Shown here: positions 35,670-45,654 of the stretch, piece by piece
Position numbering within the stretch: position 1 is the first letter of the stretch
Layout: each line of letters opens with the position of its first letter
DNA from: an uncultured Candidatus Saccharibacteria bacterium
Lineage (GTDB): Bacteria > Patescibacteriota > Minisyncoccia > Minisyncoccales > JANBVM01
Length of the DNA stretch: 51,911 nt
Assembly (NCBI GenBank): GCA_964435835.1
Contig: CAYSZX010000003.1
Coordinates: forward strand, 1-51,911
Direction of reading: 5' to 3'
The notes under the pieces: generated by a model
What the model saw: the letters and a program-made list of their open reading frames with translations, nothing else
Databases searched by the model: none
What the model was told of the DNA's origin: nothing
Position numbers and translations under genes: made by a program

Positions 35670-36691
35670 TGAAAAAGGTTCTTTGTGCTATATCAGGCGG
35701 AGTTGATTCTTCAGTGGTAGCCGATTTTTTAAATAAAAGGAAAGATTTTTGTGTTCAGGGTGCTTTTATGAAGCTTTTTTCTAATGAAAAAAGTGAGGAA
35801 ATGGAGAAAAAAGCTCGATTAGTAGCCGATAAGATTGATATTCCTTTTTATGTTTTTGATTTTCAAAAAGAATTTAAAAAAGAAATAATTGATTATTTTG
35901 TTAAAAGCTACAAAGAGGGGAGAACTCCTAATCCCTGTGTTGTTTGTAACAAAAAAATGAAGTTTGGTCTTTTTTTGGCTAAAGCTCAAGATTTGCAAAT
36001 GGATTTTATAGCTACAGGTCATTATGCTTTAAAAATGAAAAATGAAAAATATGAGATTTATAGGGGAAAAGATAAAGGGAAAGATCAGTCTTATTTTCTT
36101 TGGCAGCTTAATCAGAAACAATTAGAAAAAATATTGTTTCCTATTGGCCAGTACAAAAAGAAAGAAATTAAAAATAAAGCAAAAGAAATAGAACTCGCAG
36201 GTCTTGTCAGTCAAGAATCACAAGACATTTGTTTTATTGAAGATGAAGTCCGGTCTTTTTTAAAAGAAAGATTGAAAGAAAATCCGGGCGATATTGTGGA
36301 TTTAAAAGGAAATGTTTTAGGAGAACATAAGGGGTTATGGTTTTATACTATAGGTCAAAGAAAAGGGATTAAACTTTCCGGTGGGCCTTTTTATGTTTTA
36401 AAAAAAGATGGAGAAAAGAATCAGTTAATTGTTACCAAAAACAAGAAGAAATTAATTAAAAAAGAGATTAAACTTAGGGACGTTAATTGGATTTCCGGAA
36501 AAGAACCTTCTTTACCCTTAGATATTAAAACCCAAATTAGGTATGGAGGAAAAGCTTTTGATTCAGTTCTTTTAAAAGAACAAAATAATTATTTAATAAA
36601 ATCTGAAATTGGCTCTAAATCAATTTCTCCTGGCCAGTCGGCAGTTTTTTACAAAGGGGAAAAGGTTTTAGGGGGAGGAATTATCTGTTAA
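35669..36691 (+). CDS. mnmA: tRNA 2-thiouridine(34) synthase
   Basis: SGGVDSS, TPNPCVVCN, ATGHY, KDQSYFL, SQDICF, YTIGQRKG, PGQSAVFY. Confidence 0.96.
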   Translation: MKKVLCAISGGVDSSVVADFLNKRKDFCVQGAFMKLFSNEKSEEMEKKARLVADKIDIPFYVFDFQKEFKKEIIDYFVKSYKEGRTPNPCVVCNKKMKFGLFLAKAQDLQMDFIATGHYALKMKNEKYEIYRGKDKGKDQSYFLWQLNQKQLEKILFPIGQYKKKEIKNKAKEIELAGLVSQESQDICFIEDEVRSFLKERLKENPGDIVDLKGNVLGEHKGLWFYTIGQRKGIKLSGGPFYVLKKDGEKNQLIVTKNKKKLIKKEIKLRDVNWISGKEPSLPLDIKTQIRYGGKAFDSVLLKEQNNYLIKSEIGSKSISPGQSAVFYKGEKVLGGGIIC

Positions 36692-36700
36692 AATTTACTT

Positions 36701-37873
36701 ATGAAATATATTATTTGTCATTATCATGAAATCGCTTTAAAGGGAGGTAATAGGAGCTTTTTTGAAAAAAAGCTTGTTCAAAATATTAAAAAGTTTTTAC
36801 CAAAAGAAACTTTTGATTTTGTTAAAAGAATTTCAGGGAGAATTCTTATAAAATTAAATGAAAGGGGGGTTAAGAAAAAGAAAGAATTAGAGAGTATTTT
36901 GAAAAATATTTTTGGAATTGTTCATTTCTCTTTTGCTGATAGCTGTAAGCAGGAGTTAAAAGAAATAAAAGAAAAAAGTTTAGATCTTTTAAAAGATAAA
37001 AAGTTTAAAACCTTTAGAATATCAACAAAAAGATCAAATAAGGAATTCGAATTAACTTCTCCCGAAGTAAGTAAAGAAGTAGGAGCTTTTATCGTTAGTA
37101 AAATGAATAAGGGTGTTGATTTAGAGAATTTTGATAAAAATGTTTTTATTGAAATTGTTCAAGACTACGCCTTTGTTTACTTGAAAAAAATAAAAGGAAG
37201 AGGGGGGTTGCCAGTTGGGGTAAGTAGTAACGGATTAGTTTTACTTTCAGGAGGTATTGATTCTCCTGTAGCTGCTTTTGCAGCTATGAAAAGAGGAATA
37301 GAAACTTCTTTAATCCATTTTCATTCTTTACCTTATACTAAAAAAGAAGCAATAAAGAAGGTTGAAAGATTGGCCCAGTCTTTAACGAAATTTCAATTTG
37401 ATTTAAAACTATATTTGTGCCCTTTTGCTGATATTCAGCAGGAGATTCTTTTAAATTGTCCAGCGGAATTTAGAGTTATTTTATATAGAAGAATGATGAC
37501 TAGAATTGCAGAAAAGATAGCTCAAAAACAAAAGATTCAAACCCTAATAACAGGAGAAAGTGTTGGTCAGGTAGCTTCTCAGACATTAGAAAATATTAAT
37601 GCTATTCAATCAGCAGTGGATATTTTAATTTTGAGACCTTTAATTGGCCGTGATAAAAGAGAGATTATAGAAATTGCTAAAGATATAAAAACTTTTAATA
37701 TTTCTATTCTTCCTTATAAAGACTGTTGTTCTCGATTTGTACCAAAACATCCAGCTACAAAAGCTCGATTAAAAGATGTGAAAAGAGCAGAAAAGGATTT
37801 AGAAATTAATCAGCGTGTTCAGCAAGCTGTCGAAAAAATAAAAATATTAGAATTTAAATTTAAAGAGAAATGA
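36701..37873 (+). CDS. thiI: tRNA 4-thiouridine(8) synthase (no rhodanese domain)
   Basis: EIALKGGNR, THUMP domain, GGLPVG, LSGGIDSPVA, TGESVGQVASQT, DCC. Confidence 0.95.
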   Translation: MKYIICHYHEIALKGGNRSFFEKKLVQNIKKFLPKETFDFVKRISGRILIKLNERGVKKKKELESILKNIFGIVHFSFADSCKQELKEIKEKSLDLLKDKKFKTFRISTKRSNKEFELTSPEVSKEVGAFIVSKMNKGVDLENFDKNVFIEIVQDYAFVYLKKIKGRGGLPVGVSSNGLVLLSGGIDSPVAAFAAMKRGIETSLIHFHSLPYTKKEAIKKVERLAQSLTKFQFDLKLYLCPFADIQQEILLNCPAEFRVILYRRMMTRIAEKIAQKQKIQTLITGESVGQVASQTLENINAIQSAVDILILRPLIGRDKREIIEIAKDIKTFNISILPYKDCCSRFVPKHPATKARLKDVKRAEKDLEINQRVQQAVEKIKILEFKFKEK

Positions 37874-37983
37874 AAAAGCAGGTTTTATGGATTTTTTGAT
37901 TTATTTATTGTTAATTTTTGAAACAAATATGTTATAATTTATCTAGAATTTATTTATTTTATTAATATAATTTAAGCAAAAAT

Positions 37984-38742
37984 ATGAATTTAGAAAATAA
38001 AGTAGCGATTATTACAGGAGCAAGAAGGGGAATGGGAAGAACCCATGCCTTAACTCTTGCTCAAGCAGGAGCAAAAGTTGTTGTTTCTGATTTGTCAGCT
38101 GAAGACTGCGCTGAAGTGATTGATGAGATAGAAAAGAAGGGCGGTGAAGCTTTAGCTGTTAAATGTGATATTTCTAAAAAGGAAGAAGTAGACGCTATGG
38201 TTGATAAAACTGTTGAAAAATTTGGTAAAGTGGATATTTTAGTGAATAACGCTGGTATTGCTCACTTCAAACCTTTTTTAGAATTAACTGAAGATGATTG
38301 GGATAAAACGATCGATGTTAATTTAAAGGGTTATTTCTTGTGTTCCCAGGCTTGTGCTAAAGAAATGGCTAAACAAAAATCAGGAGTGATTATTAATATT
38401 TCTTCTATTGCTATGGGGCAAGTAGGAGCGGGCTTTTCTACTCTTGCTCATTATTGTGCTTCTAAAGGTGGAATTTCTGCTATGGCTGAGGCCTTAGCTG
38501 TGGAGCTTGCACCTTATAATATTAGGGTAAATACTATTGCTCCGGGAGTAATTGATACACCTATGGTTAAAGATGTTAAAGAAGATCCAGATTCTATGAA
38601 GGGATTTTTAAACAGAATTCCAATGAATAGATTGGGAAAACCTCAGGAAATTTCTAATACTGTTTTGTTTTTAGCTTCTGATAAATCTTCCTACATTAAC
38701 GGAGAAATTATTGTGGTTGATGGTGGTTATTTAGCAACTTAA
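37984..38742 (+). CDS. SDR-family oxidoreductase (FabG-like)
   Basis: TGARRGMG, NNAG, YCASKG, VDGG. Confidence 0.92.
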   Translation: MNLENKVAIITGARRGMGRTHALTLAQAGAKVVVSDLSAEDCAEVIDEIEKKGGEALAVKCDISKKEEVDAMVDKTVEKFGKVDILVNNAGIAHFKPFLELTEDDWDKTIDVNLKGYFLCSQACAKEMAKQKSGVIINISSIAMGQVGAGFSTLAHYCASKGGISAMAEALAVELAPYNIRVNTIAPGVIDTPMVKDVKEDPDSMKGFLNRIPMNRLGKPQEISNTVLFLASDKSSYINGEIIVVDGGYLAT

Positions 38743-38746
38743 TAAT

Positions 38747-38956
38747 ATGAAAAAAATTAACAAAAAAACAACCTTAGAAAAGATTCTTAAAATTTCTGAC
38801 TCAAGAAAAGTATTAGAAAAGTACAAAGTTCCTTGTTTGTCTTGTCCTTTTGCTAAATTAGAAATGGGAGAGTTAACAATAGGGGAAATTTGTAAAAGCT
38901 ATGGAATCAATGAGAAGAAACTAATTGAGGATTTAAATCAACTTCTCAAGAAGTAA
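38747..38956 (+). CDS. DUF1858-like small Cys protein
   Basis: VL....VPCLSCPFA..E..TI..IC..YGI pattern. Confidence 0.7.
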   Translation: MKKINKKTTLEKILKISDSRKVLEKYKVPCLSCPFAKLEMGELTIGEICKSYGINEKKLIEDLNQLLKK

Positions 38957-38978
38957 TATTTATGATAAATTAAGTTAT

Positions 38979-39932
38979 ATGAATAAAAAGATAAAAACAA
39001 TTCTATCATTTGTTGTCCTTGTCTTGGTTTTAGGGAGTGGTTTTTGGTATTTTCAATATCGTCAGAAACCTTCTCAAGAAGTAGCCCAAAAGACTATTGA
39101 TTATTTGAATAACCAATTATTGCCAGAAGAATTAACAGCCTCCTTAATTGATGTTAAGGAAAAAGAAAATGTTATTGAAATTAGATTCAATGTTGGTCAA
39201 AGTGAATATACTTCTTATGTTACTAAGAACGGTGAATTATTTTTTATTGAAGGTATTGAATTAAATGAAGAGATTAATATTCAAAACAGCCAGTCAGATA
39301 GCACAGAAGAAATTCCAAAAAAAGAAAAACCGGATGTAGAATTATTTGTTATGAGTTATTGTCCTTTTGGCAACCAAGCAGAAGATACAATGGAACCTGT
39401 TTATGATTTGTTAAGCGATGATATTAATTTTGATGTTCATTATATTGTTAGTGTACAAGAAGATAAGATTCAATCTCTTCATGGCCAGGAAGAAGTAGAT
39501 CAAAATATGAGGGAAGTTTGTGTAAAAAATAAATATGGAATGGATAGTTTTTGGGATTTTATTACTTATGTAAATGAAAATTGTGGTTCAGGCGGAGTTT
39601 GTTGGAAAGAAGCTGCTGATGAAATTGGTGTTAATTCTCAGGAAATCCAGTCTTGTGTTAATGAGAATGGATTAGAATACATGAAAGAAAATGCTCAAAT
39701 TAGTAAGGAGGCAGGAGCTACTGGAAGTCCAACGTTGATATTAAATGGGATAAAAATGGATACTAGTGATCCTATTAATTATGAATATGATGCAGCTATT
39801 TATGAATACGGAAACCCAGAAGCTTATAAACAGGCAATTTGTTCAGTTTTCACTGAAGAAGCTAAACCGGAAAGTTGTTCTCAGGTTCTTCCTGTTCTTG
39901 ATTCTTCCTCTAGTTCTGGCGGAAGTTGTTAA
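38979..39932 (+). CDS. Membrane-anchored thioredoxin-fold (DsbA-like) protein
   Basis: N-terminal TM; VELFVMSYCPFG, SLHG..E, GSPTL. Confidence 0.75.
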   Translation: MNKKIKTILSFVVLVLVLGSGFWYFQYRQKPSQEVAQKTIDYLNNQLLPEELTASLIDVKEKENVIEIRFNVGQSEYTSYVTKNGELFFIEGIELNEEINIQNSQSDSTEEIPKKEKPDVELFVMSYCPFGNQAEDTMEPVYDLLSDDINFDVHYIVSVQEDKIQSLHGQEEVDQNMREVCVKNKYGMDSFWDFITYVNENCGSGGVCWKEAADEIGVNSQEIQSCVNENGLEYMKENAQISKEAGATGSPTLILNGIKMDTSDPINYEYDAAIYEYGNPEAYKQAICSVFTEEAKPESCSQVLPVLDSSSSSGGSC

Positions 39933-39960
39933 TAAGATTATTAGTTAATTTTTTAAAAAA

Positions 39961-40215
39961 ATGACAGATAAAAAAGAAAAAACAAAAATTAAAGTTTATA
40001 GTACACCGGCTTGCCCTTTTTGTGTGAATCTTAAGAAGTATTTAAAAGATCATGACCTTGATTTTGAAGTAATCAATGTTGCTGAAGATAAAAAGGCGGC
40101 CAAGGAAATGATTGAAAAATCAGGTCAAATGGGAGTTCCTGTTTTAGAAGCAAATGGAAAAATAGTAGTTGGATTTGATAAAAAGAAAATTAATAAAATA
40201 CTTAATATTGAATAA
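39961..40215 (+). CDS. Glutaredoxin-like protein (NrdH/YruB)
   Basis: YSTPACPFC, SGQMGVPV, VGFD. Confidence 0.92.
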   Translation: MTDKKEKTKIKVYSTPACPFCVNLKKYLKDHDLDFEVINVAEDKKAAKEMIEKSGQMGVPVLEANGKIVVGFDKKKINKILNIE

Positions 40216-40216
40216 C

Positions 40217-41224
40217 GTGGTTAAAGTTGCAATTAATGGTTTTGGAAGAATTGGAAGAGGAACTTTTCGTTTTCTTTTAGAAAATGAAAAGGTTAAAGTT
40301 GTTGCCATTAATGATTTAACTGATCCAAAAACATTAGCTCATCTTTTAAAGTATGATTCTGTTCTTGGTACTTATGAAAAAGAAGTTAGTTTTGATAAAG
40401 AAAATCTAATTGTTGATGGTAAAAAATTTAAAGTTTTAAAAGAGAGGGATCCCGAAAAATTGCCTTGGAAAAAATTAGATGTTGATGTTGTTTTAGAATG
40501 TACAGGATTTTTTAGAGAATATGAAGATGCTAAGAAACATTTAAAGTCTGGGGCTAAAAAGGTGATTATTTCTGCAACCAGTAAAGATCCCGAAAAAGTT
40601 CCTTCGATTGTTTTAGGAGTAAATCATTTTGATTTGGACGTTGCGAATATTGATGTTTTTGATATGGCTTCTTGTACAACTAATTGTTTGGCCCCCATTG
40701 TTAAGATTCTTAATGATGAAGTTGGAATTGAAAACGGATTAATGACTACTGTTCATTCTTATACTACTTCCCAAAATATTTTAGATGGTCCCCATAAGGA
40801 CTTGAGAAGAGCCAGAGCGGCAGCGGTTAATTGTGTTCCTACTACTACTGGGGCAGCAAAGGCAATTGGTTATGTTATTCCTGAACTACAAGGAAAATTA
40901 GACGGGATGGCTTTGAGGATTCCAACTCCTCTTGTCTCAATTGTTGATTTTGTTTGTCGAATAAAAGAAAAAAGTACTAGGGAAAAAATTAATGATATTT
41001 TTAAAAAAGAATCTCAGAAAGAAAATTGGAAAGATATTTTAAAAGTTGAGGAAAAGCCTTTAGTTTCCTCTGACTATATTGGGAACTCTTATTCCTCTGT
41101 TATTGATCTTCGTTCAACGAAAGTCATTGATGACTTAGTTAAAGTTGTTGCTTGGTATGACAATGAATCTGGTTATGCAAATAGGTTATCAGATTTTAGT
41201 CAATATATTGGTGAACAGCTTTAA
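40217..41224 (+). CDS. gap: Type I glyceraldehyde-3-phosphate dehydrogenase
   Basis: AINGFGRIGR, ASCTTNCLAP, WYDNE; GTG start inferred at 40217. Confidence 0.96.
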   Translation: MVKVAINGFGRIGRGTFRFLLENEKVKVVAINDLTDPKTLAHLLKYDSVLGTYEKEVSFDKENLIVDGKKFKVLKERDPEKLPWKKLDVDVVLECTGFFREYEDAKKHLKSGAKKVIISATSKDPEKVPSIVLGVNHFDLDVANIDVFDMASCTTNCLAPIVKILNDEVGIENGLMTTVHSYTTSQNILDGPHKDLRRARAAAVNCVPTTTGAAKAIGYVIPELQGKLDGMALRIPTPLVSIVDFVCRIKEKSTREKINDIFKKESQKENWKDILKVEEKPLVSSDYIGNSYSSVIDLRSTKVIDDLVKVVAWYDNESGYANRLSDFSQYIGEQL

Positions 41225-41288
41225 GTATTTGGGTTGCTATTTTAATTAAAAAATAAAGCCATCTTTTTTGGCGGTTTTTTAAAATAAT

Positions 41289-41939
41289 ATGACTAGATTA
41301 AGTTTTCAAAAATCAAAAGAAATTCTTTCTAAATACGGAGTCTCTTTTTGTAAAGAAAAGCTTGTTCAGACAAAAGAAGAAGCTGTTGAGTTTGCTGAGA
41401 AAATTGGTTATCCGGTTGTGGTAAAAATCTTTTCACCTGAAATTTTACATATTACTGATATTGGAGGGATAAGACACGATATCGAGGACAGAGAAGAGCT
41501 TGAAAATGCTTGTTCAGATTTAAGAAAATTAACTCAGAAAAAGGTTGATAAGAAAATTGAAGGATTTTTAATACAAGAAGAGATAAGAGGAGCTGAATTA
41601 GTAGTAGGAATGAAAAGAAGCAAGGAGTTTGGTCCAGTTATAATGTTTGGTTTAGGGGGTGTTTTGGTGGAAGTCATTAAAGATATTTCTTTTAGAGTTG
41701 CTCCTTTTTCTGAAAAAGAAGCCAGAAAAATGATTAAAGAAATTAAAGGTTATAAACTTTTAAAAAAGTTCAGAGGATATCCAGCTGTTGATTTAAATAA
41801 ATTAATTGATCTTTTAATGGCTGTTTCGAGACTTTCTCTTGAAAATGATAATATTAAAGAGATAGATCTTAATCCAGTTATTGCTAATGATAAAGAAGCT
41901 TTAGTAGTTGACACTTCTATTTTATATGAAGAATCTTGA
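41289..41939 (+). CDS. ADP-forming acetate--CoA ligase, ATP-grasp (beta) subunit
   Basis: GYPVVVKI.SP.ILH.TDIGG, FGPVIMFGLGG, EIDLNP. Confidence 0.9.
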   Translation: MTRLSFQKSKEILSKYGVSFCKEKLVQTKEEAVEFAEKIGYPVVVKIFSPEILHITDIGGIRHDIEDREELENACSDLRKLTQKKVDKKIEGFLIQEEIRGAELVVGMKRSKEFGPVIMFGLGGVLVEVIKDISFRVAPFSEKEARKMIKEIKGYKLLKKFRGYPAVDLNKLIDLLMAVSRLSLENDNIKEIDLNPVIANDKEALVVDTSILYEES

Positions 41940-43275
41940 TAAAATTTTTAATCCGAAAACAATTGCTTTAATTGGGGCTACAGATAGGCCTGGTTCTGTT
42001 GGTTTAAGTCTTTGTCAAAATTTATTAGAAGAAAAAGAAAAAAGAAAGATTTTCTTTGTTAATCCCTTTCGTAAAGAAGTTTTAGGTAAAAAAACTTATG
42101 ATTCTATCAAATCAATAAAAGAAGAAGTTGATTTAGCCGTAGTAGCGGTTCCGGCCGGAGTTGTTTTAAAAGTTATAAAAGAAATAAAAGAGAAAAAAGT
42201 AGGCGGGGTTATTATTATTTCTTCTGGTTTTGCGGAAATTGGCTCAGAAGGCAAGGAACTACAAGAAAAAATAGTTAAAGTTTTAAAGGAGGCAGAAATT
42301 CCTTTGTTAGGCCCTAATTGTTTAGGAGTTTTGAGACCTGGTTCAAAATTAAATGCTTCTTTTGCTTTTACAGCTGCTCCGCAAGGAGAAATAGCTTTTA
42401 TTTCTCAGTCAGGTGCGTTGGTTGGTTCAATTATTGATAAGGCTTTAATAGAGAGGTATGGTTTTTCAACAATTGTTTCCTATGGTAATGAAGCCGGAAT
42501 AACTTTATGTGATATTCTAGAGTGGCTAAAAGACGATGAGGAGACTAAAGTCATTGGTGTTTATCTGGAAGCCGTTAAAGACGGGAGAAGGTTTATGAGG
42601 GTGGCTAAGAAGGTGAGAAAGAAGAAGCCTATTGTTGTGTTGAAATCAGGAAAAACTAAAGTTGGTCAGGAGACAGCTATGAGTCATACAGCTTCTTTAT
42701 CTAGTTCTCATAAAATTTATTCCGCGGCCTTTAAGCAGGCTGGTGTTTTAGAAGTTGAAAATATTAGAAATTTATTTAATAGTTTAAAAGCTCTTGCTTG
42801 GCAGTCTCGATGTGAAAACGAGATTGCTATTGTTAGTAATAGTGGTGGCTGCGGAGTTTTATTAGCTGACGCTTGTGAAAAATTTGGTCTTAAATTAGCT
42901 AAAATAGATAAAAAGATTTTTAAAAAAGTAAATAATTTAGAAAAAATAAAAAGAAAAATTGAACCTACGAACCCAGTAGATATTTTTGGTGCAGCTTTAG
43001 CTTATGATTACAAAGTTGTTATTAACAATCTTTTATCTCAGGATAATATTAAAGGGTTAATTGTTGCTCAAACGCTTCAAGCAATGACTATGTGCGAAGA
43101 GAATGCAAGAGTAATAGTAGAGGCTCAAAAAAAGTGGCCTAATAAGCCAATTATTACTTTATTTATGGGGGGTAAAAATATTAAATCTGGAATTAAAATT
43201 TTAGAAAAAAACAAGATTCCAAATTATTTTGATCCAGAAGAGGCGGTTTCAGTTATGAAGCATATTACTAAATAA
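41926..43275 (+). CDS. ADP-forming acetate--CoA ligase, CoA-binding (alpha) subunit
   Basis: FNPKTIALIGA, SSGFAE, GPNCLG, SQSGA, SHT phospho-His, NPVD. Confidence 0.9.
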   Translation: MKNLDKIFNPKTIALIGATDRPGSVGLSLCQNLLEEKEKRKIFFVNPFRKEVLGKKTYDSIKSIKEEVDLAVVAVPAGVVLKVIKEIKEKKVGGVIIISSGFAEIGSEGKELQEKIVKVLKEAEIPLLGPNCLGVLRPGSKLNASFAFTAAPQGEIAFISQSGALVGSIIDKALIERYGFSTIVSYGNEAGITLCDILEWLKDDEETKVIGVYLEAVKDGRRFMRVAKKVRKKKPIVVLKSGKTKVGQETAMSHTASLSSSHKIYSAAFKQAGVLEVENIRNLFNSLKALAWQSRCENEIAIVSNSGGCGVLLADACEKFGLKLAKIDKKIFKKVNNLEKIKRKIEPTNPVDIFGAALAYDYKVVINNLLSQDNIKGLIVAQTLQAMTMCEENARVIVEAQKKWPNKPIITLFMGGKNIKSGIKILEKNKIPNYFDPEEAVSVMKHITK

Positions 43276-43287
43276 TAAATTTATATC

Positions 43288-45654
43288 ATGAAAAAATCTG
43301 AAAAGTTATTGTTAAAATTTAAAGAAACTTCTTCAAAAGACGTTGCTTTAGTTGGAGGGAAAAATGCTTCTTTAGGAGAAATGTTTAATAAGTTAACTAA
43401 GAAAGGAGTTAAAATTCCGGATGGTTTTTCTTTAACCTCTCGTTCTTATTGGTATTATTTAGAAGAAAACGGAATAGATAAAAAATTAAAAAAGATATTT
43501 AAAGATTTTGATCCTAAAAGCGTAAAAAGTATAAAACAAACAGGTAAAAGGGCTAGACAGGCTGTTCTTCAAGGAGAACTTCCAGAAGATCTTAAAGAAA
43601 AAATAGCTCAACATTACAAAGATTTATCTGAAACTTATGGCGAGAAGAATGTTGATGTCGCGGTTAGGTCTTCGGCAACAGCCGAAGATTCAAAAGAAGC
43701 TTCTTTCGCTGGTCAAATGGAAACCTTTTTAAATGTACGGGGAGAAAAAGAATTATTTAAAGCAGTTAAAAAATGTATGAGTTCTTTCTTTACTGATAGA
43801 TCTCTTTCTTATAGGGAGGAAAAAGGCTATGGTCATTTAGATATTGCTTTATCAGTTGGAGTTCAGAAAATGGTGAGGTCTGATTTAGGTTCTGCGGGAA
43901 TAATGTTTTCAATAGACACGGAAACTGGTTTTGAAAATGTTGTTATTATCAATTCCGTTTATGGAGTAGGAGAATTAATTGTTAAAGGTAAAATTACCCC
44001 AGATGAATTTTATGTTTTTAAGCCTACTCTTAAAGAGGGCTATAAATCCATTATTAGTAAGAAATTAGGAAGAAAATCTGAAAAATATGTTTATAAGAAG
44101 AAAGGTGGCTTAAAATCTAAATCTGTTTCCAAAGCAAACCAATCAAAGTTTTCTTTAACTGATGAAGAAATTTTAACTTTGGCAAAATGGGCTTGTACGA
44201 TTGAAGATCATTATGATTATCCTCAAGATATTGAGTGGGCTAAAGACGGGAAGTTAGATGAATTATTTATTGTTCAATCTCGTCCTGAAACGGTTCATTC
44301 TGTTAAGAAAAAAAATGTCTACCGAGAACATACTATTAAAACAAAAAAAGAACCAATTTTAAGAGGTATAGCTATTGGAGAGAATGTTGGTTATGGGAAA
44401 GTTAGAATTGTTTCTGATGCTTCTGAGATGGATAAATTTAAAGAAGGGGAAGTTTTAGTTACTCAAATGACTGATCCAGACTGGCTTCCTATAATGAGAA
44501 TGGCTTCAGCTATTGTTACTGATGAGGGAGGAAAAACTGCTCATGCTGCTATTGTAAGTCGAGAATTAGGTATTCCTTGTATTGTTGGTACCCAGACAGG
44601 AACCAAAACTTTAAAAGACGGACAAAAAGTAACAATTGATTGTACACAAGGAAGAATTTTTGAAGGCAAAGTATCTTATAAAACTAAAGAATACAAGCTT
44701 GATGACAAGAAAGATCTACTTACTAAGATAGTTTTAAATTTGGGTGCTCCTGAAATTGCTTTTCAGTCTTCTTTTTTACCTGTTGATGGAGTAGGTTTAG
44801 CTAGACAGGAATTTATTATTGCTGAAAAAATTAGGATTCATCCTCTAGCTCTTTATCATTACGATAAAATTAAAGACAAGAAAGTAAAAAATAAAATAGA
44901 TGAGTTAACAATTGGCTATAAAGATAAAAAGAAATACTTTATTGATAAATTAAGATCAGGGATTTCGATTATTGCTTCAGCTTTTTATCCTGACGATGTA
45001 ATTATTAGATTATCTGATTTTAAAACAAATGAATATTCTTCTTTAATTGGCGGAAGCTCTTATGAACCTGAAGAATCAAATCCAATGTTAGGATGGCGAG
45101 GAGCTTCAAGATTTTACGATGATAAATTTAAGCCGGCTTTTAAAATGGAATGCCAGGCTATTAAGGAGGCCCGGGAAAAGTTTGGTTTGAAGAATATTTG
45201 GATTATGATTCCTTTTTGTAGAACTGTAGAGGAAGCTAAAAAAGTTTTAGCTTTGATGAAAAAATATGGATTAGAAAAAGGTAAAGACGGGTTAAAAGTT
45301 ATTGTTATGTGTGAAATTCCTTCTAATGTAATTTTAGCTAAGGAATTTTTAAAACATTTTGATGGAATGAGTATTGGTTCTAATGATTTAACTCAATTAA
45401 CTTTAGGAATAGATAGAGATAGTGCTGATATAGCTCATATTGGTGACGAGAGAAACGAAGCTGTTAAGAGAATGATTTCAAAGACTATTAAAGAGTGCAG
45501 AAAGCAAAATAAGTATGTTGGTATTTGTGGAGAAGCTCCAAGTTACTATCCTGAGTTTGCCCAATTTTTGTTAAATGAAAAGATAACGGCGATATCTCTG
45601 AATCCAGGATCAGTATTAAAAACAATAATTAAACTTAATCAAAAAAATGTTTGA
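43288..45654 (+). CDS. ppsA: Phosphoenolpyruvate synthase
   Basis: VGGKNASLGEM, AVRSSATAED, SFAGQ, GGKTAHAAIVSRE, NPMLGWRG, SIGSNDLTQ. Confidence 0.97.
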   Translation: MKKSEKLLLKFKETSSKDVALVGGKNASLGEMFNKLTKKGVKIPDGFSLTSRSYWYYLEENGIDKKLKKIFKDFDPKSVKSIKQTGKRARQAVLQGELPEDLKEKIAQHYKDLSETYGEKNVDVAVRSSATAEDSKEASFAGQMETFLNVRGEKELFKAVKKCMSSFFTDRSLSYREEKGYGHLDIALSVGVQKMVRSDLGSAGIMFSIDTETGFENVVIINSVYGVGELIVKGKITPDEFYVFKPTLKEGYKSIISKKLGRKSEKYVYKKKGGLKSKSVSKANQSKFSLTDEEILTLAKWACTIEDHYDYPQDIEWAKDGKLDELFIVQSRPETVHSVKKKNVYREHTIKTKKEPILRGIAIGENVGYGKVRIVSDASEMDKFKEGEVLVTQMTDPDWLPIMRMASAIVTDEGGKTAHAAIVSRELGIPCIVGTQTGTKTLKDGQKVTIDCTQGRIFEGKVSYKTKEYKLDDKKDLLTKIVLNLGAPEIAFQSSFLPVDGVGLARQEFIIAEKIRIHPLALYHYDKIKDKKVKNKIDELTIGYKDKKKYFIDKLRSGISIIASAFYPDDVIIRLSDFKTNEYSSLIGGSSYEPEESNPMLGWRGASRFYDDKFKPAFKMECQAIKEAREKFGLKNIWIMIPFCRTVEEAKKVLALMKKYGLEKGKDGLKVIVMCEIPSNVILAKEFLKHFDGMSIGSNDLTQLTLGIDRDSADIAHIGDERNEAVKRMISKTIKECRKQNKYVGICGEAPSYYPEFAQFLLNEKITAISLNPGSVLKTIIKLNQKNV

